Origin: Azolla caroliniana
Lineage: Eukaryota; Plantae; Polypodiophyta
Assembly (NCBI GenBank): GCA_043228905.1
Contig: JBHGNT010000009.1
Coordinates: forward strand, 13,020,001 to 13,084,000
Direction: 5' to 3'
DNA length: 64,000 nucleotides
Part shown: piece by piece, positions 36,110 to 49,657 of the stretch
Layout: each line of letters starts with the position of its first letter
Position numbering within the stretch: the first letter of the stretch is position 1
The notes under the pieces: model-generated
The model's database searches: none
Told to the model about the DNA's origin: nothing
Seen by the model: only the letters and a program-made list of their open reading frames with translations
Made by a program: the position numbers and the translations under genes

Positions 36110-37642
36110 CTAATTTCTTGTTATTTTAGTACCTAATTAACCACCTCAACTGGTTTTCGAATAAACATGTATGATAATACCACACACACATATTCCTTTA
36201 ACAAAACAATACAATACTAAGAAAGACAACCATACCAACAGGCTAATATAAAAAAGTCAAGTTTCAGGTGTTATCCACAAGTGCCTAACATCAGTGGCAG
36301 AAGATTATCATTCTATTAAGATCGAGAAATTCACAATAATAATCATGATGATGATGAAGACAGAATATTTTCAGCATAAATAAATCTTCAAGTTTCCATT
36401 TCAAAGGATAATCAATAAATATTAAACCTTAAAAAACAGTTCTAAAATAACCAATGCTTAAAAAATAATTCTGGAAAAAATAGTTCTGAAGACATACCAA
36501 GGGAAGATTATCATTCTATTAAGATCTAGAACTTGACAATAATAATCATGATGATGATGAAGACATTATCTTTTTAGCATAAATAAATCTTCAAGTTTCC
36601 ATTTCAAAGGATAATCAATAAATATTAAACCTTAAAAAATAGTTCTGAAATAACCAATGCTTAAAAATAGTTCTGAAAAAACAGTTCTAAAGACATACCG
36701 AGGGAAGAAGACGACATACTAAGGGAAGAAGAAGACATACCGAGGGAAGGAGAAGACATAGCGACGAAAGGCGAAGATGGCTCAGATGTGTGACACAAAG
36801 AACTCTTGATCATTTCCACGTAGGTTTGATTCGTAGATAAGGAATGGCAAGACCCTAAATCTTGGGGACATTCGCGTGCTGTGAATACCTGAGATGTAGA
36901 GAACGACAAACAGAGATGGGCTCGGTTGGAAGGAGGAAGGGGATGCGCCAAAATGGTAAGAAGAGCCACATTCAATTAATGTGGTGTGCTAAATTAAAAG
37001 TGAGGGGGAAATAGCCCCCAAATCAGTCCTGACTCCTGAATACCTCACAACTGTTTCCCCCCATTAAATGCAATGTGTACTACCCCCACCCCACTCCCTA
37101 AAAAGATTATAAAATTTTTCGAATTTTTAAAAATATTTTTTATAATTACTTAGTACTAACAGTACTTTTAGTACTCGTGTTTTTCTTGGCCAAAAATAGT
37201 ACTTTTTTGGTACACTGTAGCATGGTTCGACCCTTATATATTAAACTCTCAATATACAACCATTTATGTATAAGGTTCATGCCCCTTGTATAGGTAAGCA
37301 TGTAATGTTACAACGCTGAATCGGATCGACACATCCTGTTGGATTGTCTCTCTAAACATCAAGGGTCAGAACTATTCGGATCTAAATCCACTATATCACT
37401 TCATATTTAATATTATTTTGGCTACATCAATATTTATACTAATAATATTTTTGTTATTAATATTTTCTAACTTCACACTACTAGTTGGTTGTCCGAATTG
37501 ACATTCGCCTCTGTCCACACTTTAGATGGCTAATAGCAGTTTCGACTTCATACTTTAAATCTTTCGGCCTTCGGTCGTTTCTACTTAACTCCTTGACAAC
37601 TCTCTGACTCATAGGGCAAAACATGGCATGCAGGGCAAAACA

Positions 37643-37682
37643 TGGCATGCTCGTGGAACAGTGCCATGCACGTCGAACCCCC
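37643..37682 (-). other. tRNA-Arg 3'-end-like motif with hairpin at the PPT position (element C)
   Basis: GGGGGTTCGA-CGTGCATGGCACT-GTTCCACGAGCATGCCA, abutting the LTR. Confidence 0.8.
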
Positions 37683-40506
37683 AGTACCCTTCAATTATCT
37701 TCCATGATATTCAAAATACTCGGCTCCTAAGGAATTGGTTCGTCATTCTCCACATTTGTTTTCACCTCATCCTCTAAGTTTTGGATCAACTGCTCTACTT
37801 GCTCGCTCCATCACTTGCTTAGTCAACTTCTCCATTCCTATGTTCGGTATCACTTGTTCCTCATTTTGCTTCGTCTCTTCCTTTCTCTGGTAATTTTCCT
37901 CTATCTCTCCTATCGACTGCTCCTGATTATCTCCTGGCCGGTTGGCTAGCTGCACTTCCTGTCATTGCTTAGGCAGTTTTTCCTCAGTCTCGTTGGCATC
38001 ACTAGTTACCACATGTTCGGCTTGGGTGTCGTCCAACTATTCCTTAATTGGTTGCATTCGTTCTCTCTCGTAGGTTTCTAAATCCATTCTGAATTGCAAT
38101 TGATCATCATCGAATTCCTCTAGTAAATTCTAGATTTCTTCAGAATGGACTTGGGCCACATAGAAGTCATCAATCAGATCTTCTATAATCATAATTATGT
38201 TTTGCTTGTCCATCTTGTCAAATCCCTTGCCATTTTTCGTTCGATTTTCGTAATTCCATCGCTTGTGCCGACCATGCCTTCCATACTACCACTGAACTCT
38301 CTTCGATCCTTCTATCCAGCCGACTTCTATGGTTCTCCATGAGTATCTTTATCCTTGTTGCCCCCATTTTCGCTTTTGCTAGTGCTTCCTTCTTTTCCTG
38401 CTTGAGCCGCTTAATTGTGGTTGTTGACGTCTACACTTCTATTTGATAATTCTATATTTCCCAATTATAAATTCCAATAGAGTCTTTTTAGAAGCTTTGA
38501 TAGTAATGTCTGTCTCCGTGATCAGTCACTCTTTCTCCTCTCTGGCTTCGTTCTGAAGTTTCGTTATTTCTGTTTTGAACAACTTTGTTTGGTTTTGGAA
38601 GGCTACAACATGCTCCTTTAGTTCGTCCCTTGCCTCCTTAAGCTTCTTCTTCTGTTGATCGAAATCGGCTCTCAAGTCCTAAGTCTCCTTGTGCAATTTA
38701 TCAAAGTCAGCCTGATTTTCTTTTAATATCCTCGTTTGTTCAGCCCTTAGTCGATTGTCTTTTTCCTTCTGCTACCTCAACTCCTCTTTAAGCCGATCAA
38801 TCTGCTCATCGACAATCTTCCTTAACTTCCCTTTCTGCTACCATAATTCCTCCATTAACTGCCTGCTTTCTTCTTCTAGTTGCTTGTTCTCCGCCTTTAA
38901 CTAGCCGCGTTCAACATTTAGTCGATCATTTTCCCCTTTCAGTTGGTCGTATAGGAAACAAGAAATAGAAAGAGAGGGAGACAGAGAAAGAGAAGAAACT
39001 TTATTAAATGAATGTTTTGTGTCTCTCTCTCTCTACAACCACATAGAGAGGAAATGTGGTGGTTATAGGTACACCCTATTTTTGGGGTGCACCTTTTCAT
39101 ATCATATAGCTTTTCGTCTTATTATTTATTTTTTCTATTTACTTATTCTAAACTAATTAGTTTATTACAACAGCCCAGAGGGAGAGCCTTTGTTAGAAAA
39201 TCAGCCCAGATATGATTTGTCGATGTAAACTCTAAGGTAAGCTTGTTTTCTTCAGCCAACTCTCGTATAAAGTGATATTTTAAATCCACATGCTTTGTTT
39301 TCTCTGAGTGCTTTGGATTCTTCGTTAAGTAGATACATGATATATTTTCGCAAAAGATTTTCAATTGAAGCGGTTCACATAGTTGGAGTTCTTTTAACAC
39401 TGTTTGCAACCATAGTCATTCTTTAGCAGCCAACGCCACTGCTACGAATTCAGCTTCAACAGATGAGAGTGTCACAGATTCTTGTTTTTTGGATTGCCAC
39501 GTCACTACTGCTCCTGCCATTATAAAAGAAAAACCAATTAGATGTATGATTATGTCTAATGTATATATTTGGTTTTGATAACAATCTAGAATAGCCATGT
39601 GAGAGCATAAAATTGTTAAAATTTTGAAACCATAACCTAGGAGATTGTTTGAGTCCATAAAGTGATCGATATAACTGACACACATAGTTTGGTTGAGAGT
39701 GTGACTCAAACCCATGAGGTTGTGACATGTAGATTTCTTCAGGGAAATCACCATGTAGAAATGCCGTTTGTACATCCAAGTGATGTACCTCGAGGTCAAG
39801 AATGGTGGCCAAAGCCATTAGGAGCCGAAAAGATGCCATGCGAAGAACGGGTGAGAATGTCTCAGAATAGTCAAGGCCTTCAACTTGAGAAAAACCACGA
39901 GCTACAAGTCGAGCTTTGTAACGTGCAATAGTACCATCAGGGTTTAGTTTTTTCTTCAACACCCACTTGCATGAAATAGGTGAGCGTCCCATTGGGAGTG
40001 GGACTAGAGTCCATGTTTTGTTGGTGTCAAGAGATTCAAGTTTCTTTTGCTATGGCAGCTTCCCATTCAACACGATCTGGGCTTTGCAATGCCTCATTGA
40101 TAGTTAAGGGATCATCAGAAATGTCTGATGTGTTTGAGGGGGAACCAAGTGCCGAAAATGCAAACTCAGGTTCAAATTGTGGCAAGGACATCTATTTGTT
40201 TTGTGTGATCATAAAGATCTTGAATAGTATAAAATTTCTTTGGTCCAGTGGATGTAGGGCTAAGTGAGCTAGGTGATTTTGCAATGTCAGAACTATTTGT
40301 ATGTTCTACATGTTGATTATTAGTGGAATATGAAGTATTTCTACATCCTATTTTAATTACTTTTGCATCATTGGGACCAATGGTTTTCCCCTTGCCATTA
40401 AGGTGTGAGGATCGTCGTAATGGGATAAAGAGATTTTTAATAGGATGGGAAGACGAATAATCAATGTGAGTTAATTGTGTTCCATCTAAAGGTTTTTCCA
40501 TATGAG

Positions 40507-43500
40507 TGTTACCTCGTACGAGATGTACGGAGAGTCAAGTGTGATGAGCGAGGGTCGAATGTTATCATAATGTTGTGTATGTGTAGGGGGCATAAATGTA
40601 ATTGTGAGTCGATACATATGTGAACACATGCACACGTGTGTGCATGTGGATGGATACGAGGAGGTATGAGTGAGTGTCCAGTATGAATGCTCTAGGGGGC
40701 TTACACCCCTTTGTATCTACCCCCTCTTGTACTATTTAACCTCCTTATGGGGAATGAATGAAAAATGAATCATTTCTCTCTATCTATCTCTCTTTTCATC
40801 TCTCTCTCTCTCTCTTCCCTCCCCTTAATGTTGAACCCACCCCGCAATGCTTCTCAATGCACATAATCTCTCTCGCCATCAATCCCATACTCTCCATCAT
40901 CATCATAACCACCATGTCTATCTTTATCATGATTATCATCGTCCTTAACCCTAGCCCTAAAACATACAACACCTTTTGGCGACCACTAAGGCGACCCCCC
41001 TTTGGAGACGGAGTTGAAGAATGATACGCGACAATGTGAGGCATAGTGATGATGATATGTAAGAGATGTCCGGGTAATGATGGCGATATGCAGCAAAAGG
41101 CGGAAGAAATCAGAAATGGAAGATTGACAAGATTGACTGCTGCACAATTCTACAACAAATTAATCTCTATATGTGAATATTTTGTGTGGTCTGTTTTTGC
41201 CCTAAATGTCCGAGAAATGTTGGCCAAGATGTACAAAAACGGTGTCAATGCATGAGTGGAAGTTGCAAAACAAGTTGCAAAAGGATGGCGTTACATGAGT
41301 GTGCGAGAATGGAAATGACAATGTGCAAATGTGCGGTTAGCAGCAATGTGTGTGTGTTCCAAGGAGACTGCGGAGGAAGACGCAATGTGTGGAGCGTGGG
41401 CCAGCAAGATGTGCGGTACCGGAATGGGACGTGTTCACAATTTCCAGTTTCCAGAGAAGCAACGCGGAAAAAGTTGGAACCAAAACAAGAGTTGGTTGGC
41501 ACCGAAGCGGCTGTAATGGCCGGGCGGCCGTCAGAGTAGACAGAGCCGAAACAGCAACAGTGACGCCGAAAAGCGACGAACGAAGAGACAACCGTCAGAT
41601 ATCAACGGCTGACAACCGGATGACGACTGAACAGACCGGCCACGCGACTGCAGACCGGCCGGACAGGGCCGACGAAAATGAGAGAGGCTTCAGGAACGGT
41701 CATCACCAACCGACAGCAGCCGGAGCGGCCGGAGGGCCGGACAAGGTCAGGGAAGCAAACAGGCCGCCAAGATGACGGACGGTGTCGGACGACGACGAAA
41801 CCGACAGAGACGGTGATGGAGTCCGCAACGGAGGCAGCCGGAGCAACCGAGAGCCGAGGAGCGGCCAAAGCGACCGGAATAGCCGACCAGTGGCCGGAGT
41901 GGCCAGATAGGCCCGGACAGAGACGGAACCGGCCAGAGCGATGGCGGTGGCTGAACAATCGACGACCGGATCGGAGATGACGCTGAAACGAAGGGCCAAA
42001 CAGACACACACAACAACAAACGAGGCATAAATGGACAGAGACGACAACCGGTCGGAAGGAGATACACCAATATGTAGATGGAGACAACCGCGGATGCAGG
42101 ACCAGAAGGACAAGCAATCAAAGAGCGGTCGGAACAACGATGATGACGGCAAAACAAGGGCAGCCACCGGAAAGGAGCCGGTTGCAGTCGAGGCGGCTGA
42201 AATGCACAGAAATGGCCGAAATGCAGCCGGAATGGCCAGAGTGGCTGAAATGCGCCCAGAAAGGCTGGACAACTGACGCCAAAACAACGGGCCGAATAGT
42301 ATCGGCGACAGATAGAGGAGCGGCGACAACCAACGGTTACGAGTGGCCCGTAGACGACAGAGACAAAGAAATGGAGATAGTGACGGAGAGACCATGGAAT
42401 GAGAGAAGGAACTAGAACACACTGAGAAGAAAGTAGAGAGTATAGAAGAGAAGGCAGAGAAGGCTTAAGACAGAGGATGGAGAAAAATGAGCAAGGAAGA
42501 GGAAGACAAATACAGAAGAACAACAGAAGAAGAGAGGAGAGACAGGAAGGCAAGTAGAGAAGCGGGAAAAGAAAACAGAAAGAAAGAGGAAGAAGAGGCA
42601 AGAAGAGGCAAGAAAAAGAAAAAGACAAAAACGGAAAAAAAGAGGGAAAAAGAGAACGATAAGGGGCATTCGAGGAGTTTTGAAAACTTGAGGGCATTCG
42701 AAGAATTTCGAAAAACATGATGGCATTGAAAAAATAAAATAAAAATTTTAAATTTTAAATTTAAAAATCAAAGGGCACATACAAAATTTTGAAAACTCAT
42801 CCACCTAAAGAAATGGACGTGATCGACCATACACAACTCAAAATAAAGGAAGAACACACACACATACAACATATTTTTGACGACCCAAATGATTTTACGA
42901 AGTTCGTAAGTCGACAGAACGAGAATGTTCGTGTCGCGGAAGATTTGCTGACCGACAAATGTGTTTGAGTCAAGCATTCCGATCGAGGGAGTCGATCGTT
43001 GAAAGGACCGATGGAAGTTCCGGTCAAAGAAATATCATCATCAAGGCATGTGGGATCGACGTGCAAGGCACTTTCCCACGGGCGTGCCATATTGTGTTAC
43101 CTCGTACGAGATGTACGGAGAGTCAAGTGTGATGAGCGAGGGTCGAATGTTATCATAATGTTGTGTATGTGTAGGGGGCATAAATGTAATTGTGAGTCGA
43201 TACATATGTGAACACATGCACACGTGTGTGCATGTGGATGGATACGAGGAGGTATGAGTGAGTGTCCAGTATGAATGCTCGAGGGGGCTTACACCCCTTT
43301 GTATCTACCCCCTCTTGTACTATTTAACCCCCTTATGGGGAATGAATGAAAAATGAATCATTTCTCTCTATCTATCTCTCTTTTCATCTCTCTCTCTCTC
43401 TCTTCCCTCCCCTTAACGTTGAACCCCCTTGGGAGGGGGGTGGAGCCATTCTAGGCACCACCCCCTACCCCGCAATGCTTCTCAATGCACATGATCTCTC

Positions 43501-43599
43501 TCGCCATCAATCCCATACTCTCCATCATCATCATAACCACCATGTCTATCTTTATCATGATTATCATCGTCCTTAACCCTAGCCCTAAAACATACAACA
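40507..43599 (+). mobile_element. Complete non-autonomous LTR element (S family), non-coding
   Basis: LTRs 40507-40971 and 43095-43599 are nearly identical apart from a 40-bp indel. Perfect TSD ATGAG. PBS TGGCGACCACTAAGG at 40977. Confidence 0.95.
43050..43089 (+). other. tRNA-Arg 3'-end-like motif with hairpin at the PPT position (S element)
   Basis: GTGGGATCGA-CGTGCAAGGCACT-TTCCCACGGGCGTGCCA, 5 nt before the 3' LTR. Confidence 0.85.
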
Positions 43600-46383
43600 A
43601 TGAGTGCTAAGGTGATTATTAAGGCTCTTTTTAGTTTGGGTAGGGTTAGTGTTTAAAATTGGAGTATGTACATCAGTTTGTTGTGAATGTTTGGTTATTA
43701 GAGGCAATAAGTTGGAGTCATTAGTTGAACCTGGGACCTGTGGACAGACCTCTAGAGATGAGGGCATTAATGGAGGAGGGTTAATTGTTACTTGTTGAAT
43801 TTCCGAGGACATTTGTGGAGCCCGCCAAGAATTAGTAGGTGATGATATTACTTCTTTATTGGATTCAATGTTAGACATGGTAGTCGTGTCTTGTATCTTT
43901 TCATAACCATGATGTGGATGAGGATTAGATATCAGTTTATCTTCATCAAATATCACTCGTCGATTAAATATAAATCTTTTGAATTTTGGGTCATATAATC
44001 GATAACCCTTATAGCCATGAGGTTCACCATACCCAACAAATATTGTGTGAACTGCATGGTTATCTAATTTTGATCGAGTTTCTAAGGGTACGAATGCATA
44101 TGATGGACATCCAAAGATTTTTAGATTTTCATAATTTGGATTTTTCCCAAACCACAAGGAAAATGGAGTGGTCCTAATTGATCAACTATATGTTCTATTG
44201 AATATATAACAAGCGGTTGAAACAAACTCTTCCCAATATGTTTGGGGAAGGTTTGCAACGGGGAGCATGCAATGAGTGGCATCCATATACAACCGGTTTT
44301 GTCGTTCAGCCCTTTAATTGTGTTGGGGTGTATATGGGATAGTAAACCGTTGTTGAATCCCATGGTTTTGGCAATAAGTTTGGAAATTTTGGGACTTGGA
44401 ATTCTCCACCATTATCTGATTGGAGTACTTTAAGGGGTAAATTTTGTTGATTTCTTACAAGTTTATGGTAGGCTTTAAATTTCTCAAGGACTTGATCACT
44501 GCATTTTGTCTTGAGAAACGTGACCATTGTGAAACGAGTAAAGTCATCGATAAATGTTAAGAAACATACATTTCCAGATAGGGATAGGGTAGACAAAGGA
44601 CCACATATATCTGTATGTACTAGTTGGAGGGGTTTAGTGGTCGTTGTAGGATGGGATGGAAATGGCAAGTTAGAGAGTTTTCCAAATATTCACCCTTCGC
44701 ACAGGGATAGTTTCGATTTACTAGGAAGAGTAAAACCAATTGCTATATGTTGTCGGGCCATGTGAACCATTGTTTGATGGTTTAAGTGACCTAATCGATA
44801 GTGCCATAGTAAGGTCACATAGTTTGATGTGTTTGAATCATCTATGTGGTGTGCGTCTTCAGTAGGTACCACAGAGCGGCCTAAAAGGTAAAGACATGTT
44901 TGTCTTGGACAATTAACGACATAGCCTTGTCTAGAGGGTGTCTTATGACGAATGATACAATATTTGTGATAAAACTCGACAGATGTATTATCATTTGTGA
45001 GTTTATTGACAGATATCAAGTTTTTTGCTATGTTAGTTATATAATAAACTTCATTGATTTCAATGAAGTTCCCATCAGAAAGTTCAAGATGGGTAGTCCC
45101 ATGTCCAAGGGCATATTCAACACCATTGTTCCCAAATCTCACCGGGAAAGGATGTTCTAAGACCTTATAGTCTTTGGGCCATTCAACTCTTGAGGTGAGG
45201 TGACATGTGGCACTTGTATCAAGAATCCACATTGAAGTGGGAGAGATGTTAAATGAAGTGAGGGCCATGAAGGCAATGAAAGACTGTTCATTATCCTCAT
45301 CGGAATTTTGTTCATTATGACACATGCCATTATTTTGATCGTAGTCGTCATGTGATACATTGTAAGATTGGTCTTCTTTTAATATATGTTCTTTTCCCGT
45401 TGTTGTTAGAATTCCTATAATAATGTTTCGTTTCATGTCCACTCCTTTGACAATTTTTGCAGAAGGACCTAAGGAACCTAGATTTGTTATGATTTCTTGA
45501 ATCATTAAATTTAGAGGTCCGTGAATAAAATTTGGAGTTATTAGGTTGGTATGTTGATCTAGGTTTATTGTAAGGTTTTTTATTGTAATTTGGATGTTTG
45601 ATATAAAGTGCGTTGTGAGATGAGGAGGGTTGATTTATTACCCTACGAAGTATGTTTTCTTGTGAGATTGATGCCACTAATGTTGGGACACTAATGTTGG
45701 CTGATGTGGATTTTGTGCTTACAAATGGTTGCCATGATGGGGGTAGGGCGGCTAACAAGAGGGCGGATTGAACAGAACTTGGCAAACTAAGTCTTGAAAG
45801 GATCACATCATCAAGTCAAAGTCTCCAATTTTCAACAAATGTGTCAACATCATCATTTTCATTCATATTCATATTTATTAAAGTTTTTAAATTTGCAACT
45901 TGGGATGTAACGTCTGTATGGAGGTAATCAACCTCTAATCTATCCCATATTTGTTTGGGGGTAGTCAAGGTTCTCACACTTTGCTTAAGTGTGTCCTCCA
46001 TATGAAGGACAATTTCTAAGCGAGCATTAAATCACGATGCTTCCATGTTTGCACGTCAAGTGCATTTGTGGGGACCTTAATGTCGGGGCACACGTCGGTT
46101 CCATCAACGATATTTAACAAGTCATGTTGTTCTAATATAATTTCCATGGTCATACGCCATGGTTGATAGTTTTTATCATTCAATTTTTCAATGTGATAAG
46201 TGTGAGCCGATACCTAGGCGGCATTTGCCGGCACATTCGTTATCACTCCACCGTTTGACATGATCGAAAATCGTTTCTTTAATTCACACATTCGTTATTA
46301 ACACCGCGACACAATTCTTGGTGGGGTTGGACTCCTTCACCGCTCTGATACCATATAGGAAACAAGAAATAGAAAGAGAGGGA

Positions 46384-46717
46384 ATTAGAATTAGAATTAG
46401 AATTTTTATCGTCCATAAAGAGGCCAATTTTGACCTATGGAACCAGAGTATACATGTGTTCTTGATATATGTTTCCTTCCTAAGAAGGGGTATTCATATG
46501 TTGAAGCACAAAGTCTCTATGTGTTAATAATGCATACACATATGAGCTCAACCTTCTAGGTGGTGTCTTAAGTATGGCTCTTAAGTTATCACTCCCTCTT
46601 AGTATGTCAACATATCTTGAACGAATTGCACTATATGTCGAGCATGTGAAGAGCAAGTGACATTCATCCTCTACCATGCCTTCATTGCCTACTTTACATG
46701 TCTTCAAATTTGTTACA
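46384..46717 (-). mobile_element. 5'-truncated LINE 3' end (RTEX-like) inside the Copia 5' LTR
   Basis: C-terminal zinc knuckle CKV..EDECHLLFTCSTY and an (ATTCTA)n tail. It is absent from the sister LTR, and about 20 bp of the target are deleted. Confidence 0.75.
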
Positions 46718-47289
46718 TTTATTAAATGAATGTTTTGTGTCTCTCTCTCTACAACCAACCGATCACACAGAGAGGAAATGTGGTAGTTATAGGTGCACCC
46801 TATTTTTGGGGTGCACCTTTTCATATCATATAGCTTTTCGTCTTATTATTTATTTTTTCTATTTACTTATTCTAAACTAATTAGTTTATTACAACATGCC
46901 GCTTTCTCCATTTAACTGATCATTTTCCAATCTTTCCTACAATAACTTCATTTCTTGTTTGGACTCTAACCAATTGTTGGAGATTTTGTACGCCACCTTC
47001 CAGATGCTCTTGATCCGTTCCGTCATGTCCTTTGCCGCTCTTCGTACTATGGAGAATTCCTTGTGCATTTCGGCTAGTGCCATATTGACTGCCGACGTCT
47101 GCATATCCCCATATTTAGATCGTCCTGGCTTCTTCGCCTTTAGCTTCAGTCGTAATGCTTTCTTAACTAGCTCTCTATCGGCATATTCTACTACTAGCCG
47201 GGAAGCTACCAACGTATTCTGAAATCCAAGACACTCTACTAGCTCGTTGTCGAATACTAGTGTATAATGCCCATATTCACACTCTCTCT

Positions 47290-47990
47290 GGAAAGACTAG
47301 GTTTAGGACAATTTTGTAAATATGTCAAAGGGTAGTTACCCTAGCCTAGTTAGTATATAACTGGCTTTGTAACCTAGTTCAAGTAAGGTTGATAGTGCCA
47401 TTCTTCTATTGTAACTTTTGGAATAAGAATGTTACATTGTGTGCCTCCTTGTCACTTTTTCTCCCACTTTGTCTCCTTGATCTTGATTTGACTTGTTAAA
47501 TTGGTGATCTTCTCCGCATAGATGTTCTTGTTTTCGCATTGACGGTCTCAGCCTCCAACATCTGGTATCAGAGTGAAGGTTCTTCAACTCGCTACCGAAC
47601 ATCATCTATCCTCAACATCATCCTTGCCCCTGTCTTCAAAATCATCAATAGAAGAGAAGAAAGACACTAGTTGGTTTGCAGTCCACCGAACTTGATCACC
47701 TCTCAAGTGGGCTAGTCGGCCATACCTTGTTACTGTGATCATAGCCACTCAAAGTGAAACCTACTTTAAACAAGTCTCATTCATGCCTCATCAGGTTGAG
47801 GAACATCCGGACATGCCAGTCGACGCTGCCCACTTAATTGTTGTAACCAATTGAAGGAGAATAGGCTTCAAATCTGACATTATTTGTACTCCATCTAATT
47901 AGAAGAGATTCTGGAAGACCAGTCAACTCTGTCCCTCCCTCTATTGTAGCCACTCAAAGCAAGATTGTCACTGAAAATGGCACACTAACA
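47290..47990 (+). mobile_element. LTR end plus Met-i PBS of an unassigned LTR element fragment
   Basis: CCAACA-TC-TGGTATCAGAG at 47555-47573, with TATATAA near 47354. Boundaries are approximate. Confidence 0.6.
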
Positions 47991-47991
47991 T

Positions 47992-49650
47992 TGTGATTGG
48001 TCTAATCCGTGCCTAACTCGGCCAAACATGTTAATAATTAGGTAATTAATTACAGGTTAATTAGTACCTAATTATATGATTAAGCTAAGTGGAAGATTAA
48101 GTGATGTGTGTGTATCTATCTGAGAGGAAGAGAGAGAGGAAGTTAGCACTATTGAACAACGAGACAAGATGGGGGATGAGTAACTATATTAAAAAGCATC
48201 ATCAAATACAAAAATACCCACAATGAGGTATATAAACATCTCATGTGCAAAGGTGCTCATGTGTGAGTAGAATATAGGTACAAAGGTGTACTTGGGAGTG
48301 GAGGATCTAGAATATCCCACTTAAGTACAAGGTCCTATTTAAGGCATTATAGTCAACACTTCTAACTTAGATTATATCTAAGTAACTACGAAGTTATGTG
48401 GTTGACTAACTAACTAACGCTAGTTGAGCTTGATCTCTCAACACGCTATCGAGGAAATCCTCGCGTGTTTGTGAAATGAAGTGGGACCATCGGGGTCCTA
48501 GATCAGAACGGTTCGATGTTTTACTAGTGTCAACGAGAAAGTTTTGAAGATAGATAGAGAGGGTATTTAAGATAGATAGAGAGACAGAGATTCCAATTCT
48601 GAGACAGATTGAGAGAGATATTGAACCCTTGATTTCAACTTTGAGAGACAAGATACATCACCAATTGGATAACTAGATTTTTTATTATTATTTTCTTGAT
48701 TAGTACATAACTCTCTTGATCAATTCATTGATTGATTGATGCCCCTTTTCCTTTTCCTCCGCTCTATTATAGATGCCCCCATGCATATGATGCATGTGAG
48801 GGTGCAAGAAATGCATACAATGTATGTAATGCATGAGATGCATGCGATGTATGTTTGTCATTTGGCGCTCATGCATTACATGTGATGCACGATAGCCATG
48901 TCACTCATGCAAGCTCTCATGTATGAGAATTTACATATGAAAAAGTATAATGATGAAAATACAACTTTTAAAGAAATGTGGGGGAGTCGGTTGAAAAGAC
49001 GAAACGAGAGTTGGTTGGCTGAAATAGGCCGAAAAGCCGAAACGAGAGTCGGTTGGCTGAAATCGGTTAGAAAAGCCGAAACGAGAGTCGGTTGGTCGAA
49101 GTCGATTAGAAAGCCGAAACAAGAGTCAGTTGGCCGAAATGGGATTCGGCCAAATAGAAGTTCAAACGAATATACACATAGTCATATATATATGTGAGGT
49201 AAGTTAATATATATAGAGAAAGAAAGAAAGAAAGATATATTAATGTCATCTAATGCTAAAGTTGGCCCATGAGACAAATGGTTTACAACAAAAAATGGGA
49301 TATTTACCCATTCAAGCATCATGTATATGTGTGATACCTTGTGAGAAGAAACATTGAGAGAAGTGCGAAAGTGAACCCTTCTCAGTTTTCTCCTTTTGAC
49401 GTGATTTTCTCACTATTGCCGAAAGTGCACGTCCTCCAAAGTGCACGTCCTCTGGTACGTGTCAAGAAGAGAGTGAGATTTCGGTTACAGTGATCAATCT
49501 AATTCCTCTACGTCCTCGTTGACCTCACTCACGTTTGAGGCTTCCGCCCTACTATCTTCATTGTTGAGGTCATCCAGGTTAGGACCCTCTTCTTGTCTTT
49601 TCTTGAAGATCTTTACTCTTTTTCCTGCAATGGGTATGACTGGTACGGGC
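47992..49650 (-). mobile_element. 3' end of a Gypsy element related to F (integrase C-terminus plus long LTR with ~38-bp repeats)
   Basis: VIPIAGKRVKIFKKR near 49590-49640 matches the end of F integrase. The LTR start resembles 53545. AAAGCCGAAACGAGAGTCGGTTGG repeats lie at 48985-49150. Confidence 0.65.
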
Positions 49651-49657
49651 ATGACCA

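Larger units (their letters stand above)
24518..37217 (-). mobile_element. Sola2-like DNA transposon (transposase on minus, second gene on plus, AGTACT-rich repeats), left end missing
   Basis: Transposase motifs are present and there is a candidate terminus 5'-CAGTGTACC at 37217 on the minus strand. The shared TTAGTACTAA motif ties the region together. No partner TIR was found. Confidence 0.65.
38950..46896 (-). mobile_element. Ty1/Copia element (Ale-like: short LTRs, PBS abutting the LTR), decayed, with two nested insertions
   Basis: LTRs at 38950-39172 and 46354-46896. Met-i PBS at 46342-46353. gag, PR (WILDTSATCH), INT (VHTDICGP, SDNGGEF), RT (YKARLVARGF) and RH (KHVDLKYHF, ADFLTK). Degenerate TSD GGTCG/TGCCG. 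Confidence 0.93.
37218..47280 (-). mobile_element. 3' part of Gypsy element C (ORF3 remnant, tRNA-like motif, 3' LTR from 37642), interrupted by a Copia element
   Basis: The coiled-coil ORF reads across the Copia insertion (DQLNGES|DQLKGEND) and ends EPSILNIMEDN*. The LTR starts TGTTTTGCCC, with a 19-bp junction duplication. Confidence 0.75.

Noticed and set aside
36297-36700. ~204-bp duplication upstream of the transposase as a TIR
   Set aside because: It is a direct repeat, not an inverted one, so an ordinary local duplication.
40944-40962. Telomere-like TTAACCCTAGCCCTAAAA in S LTRs
   Set aside because: Only about two imperfect units, too short to call telomeric. At most a telo-box.
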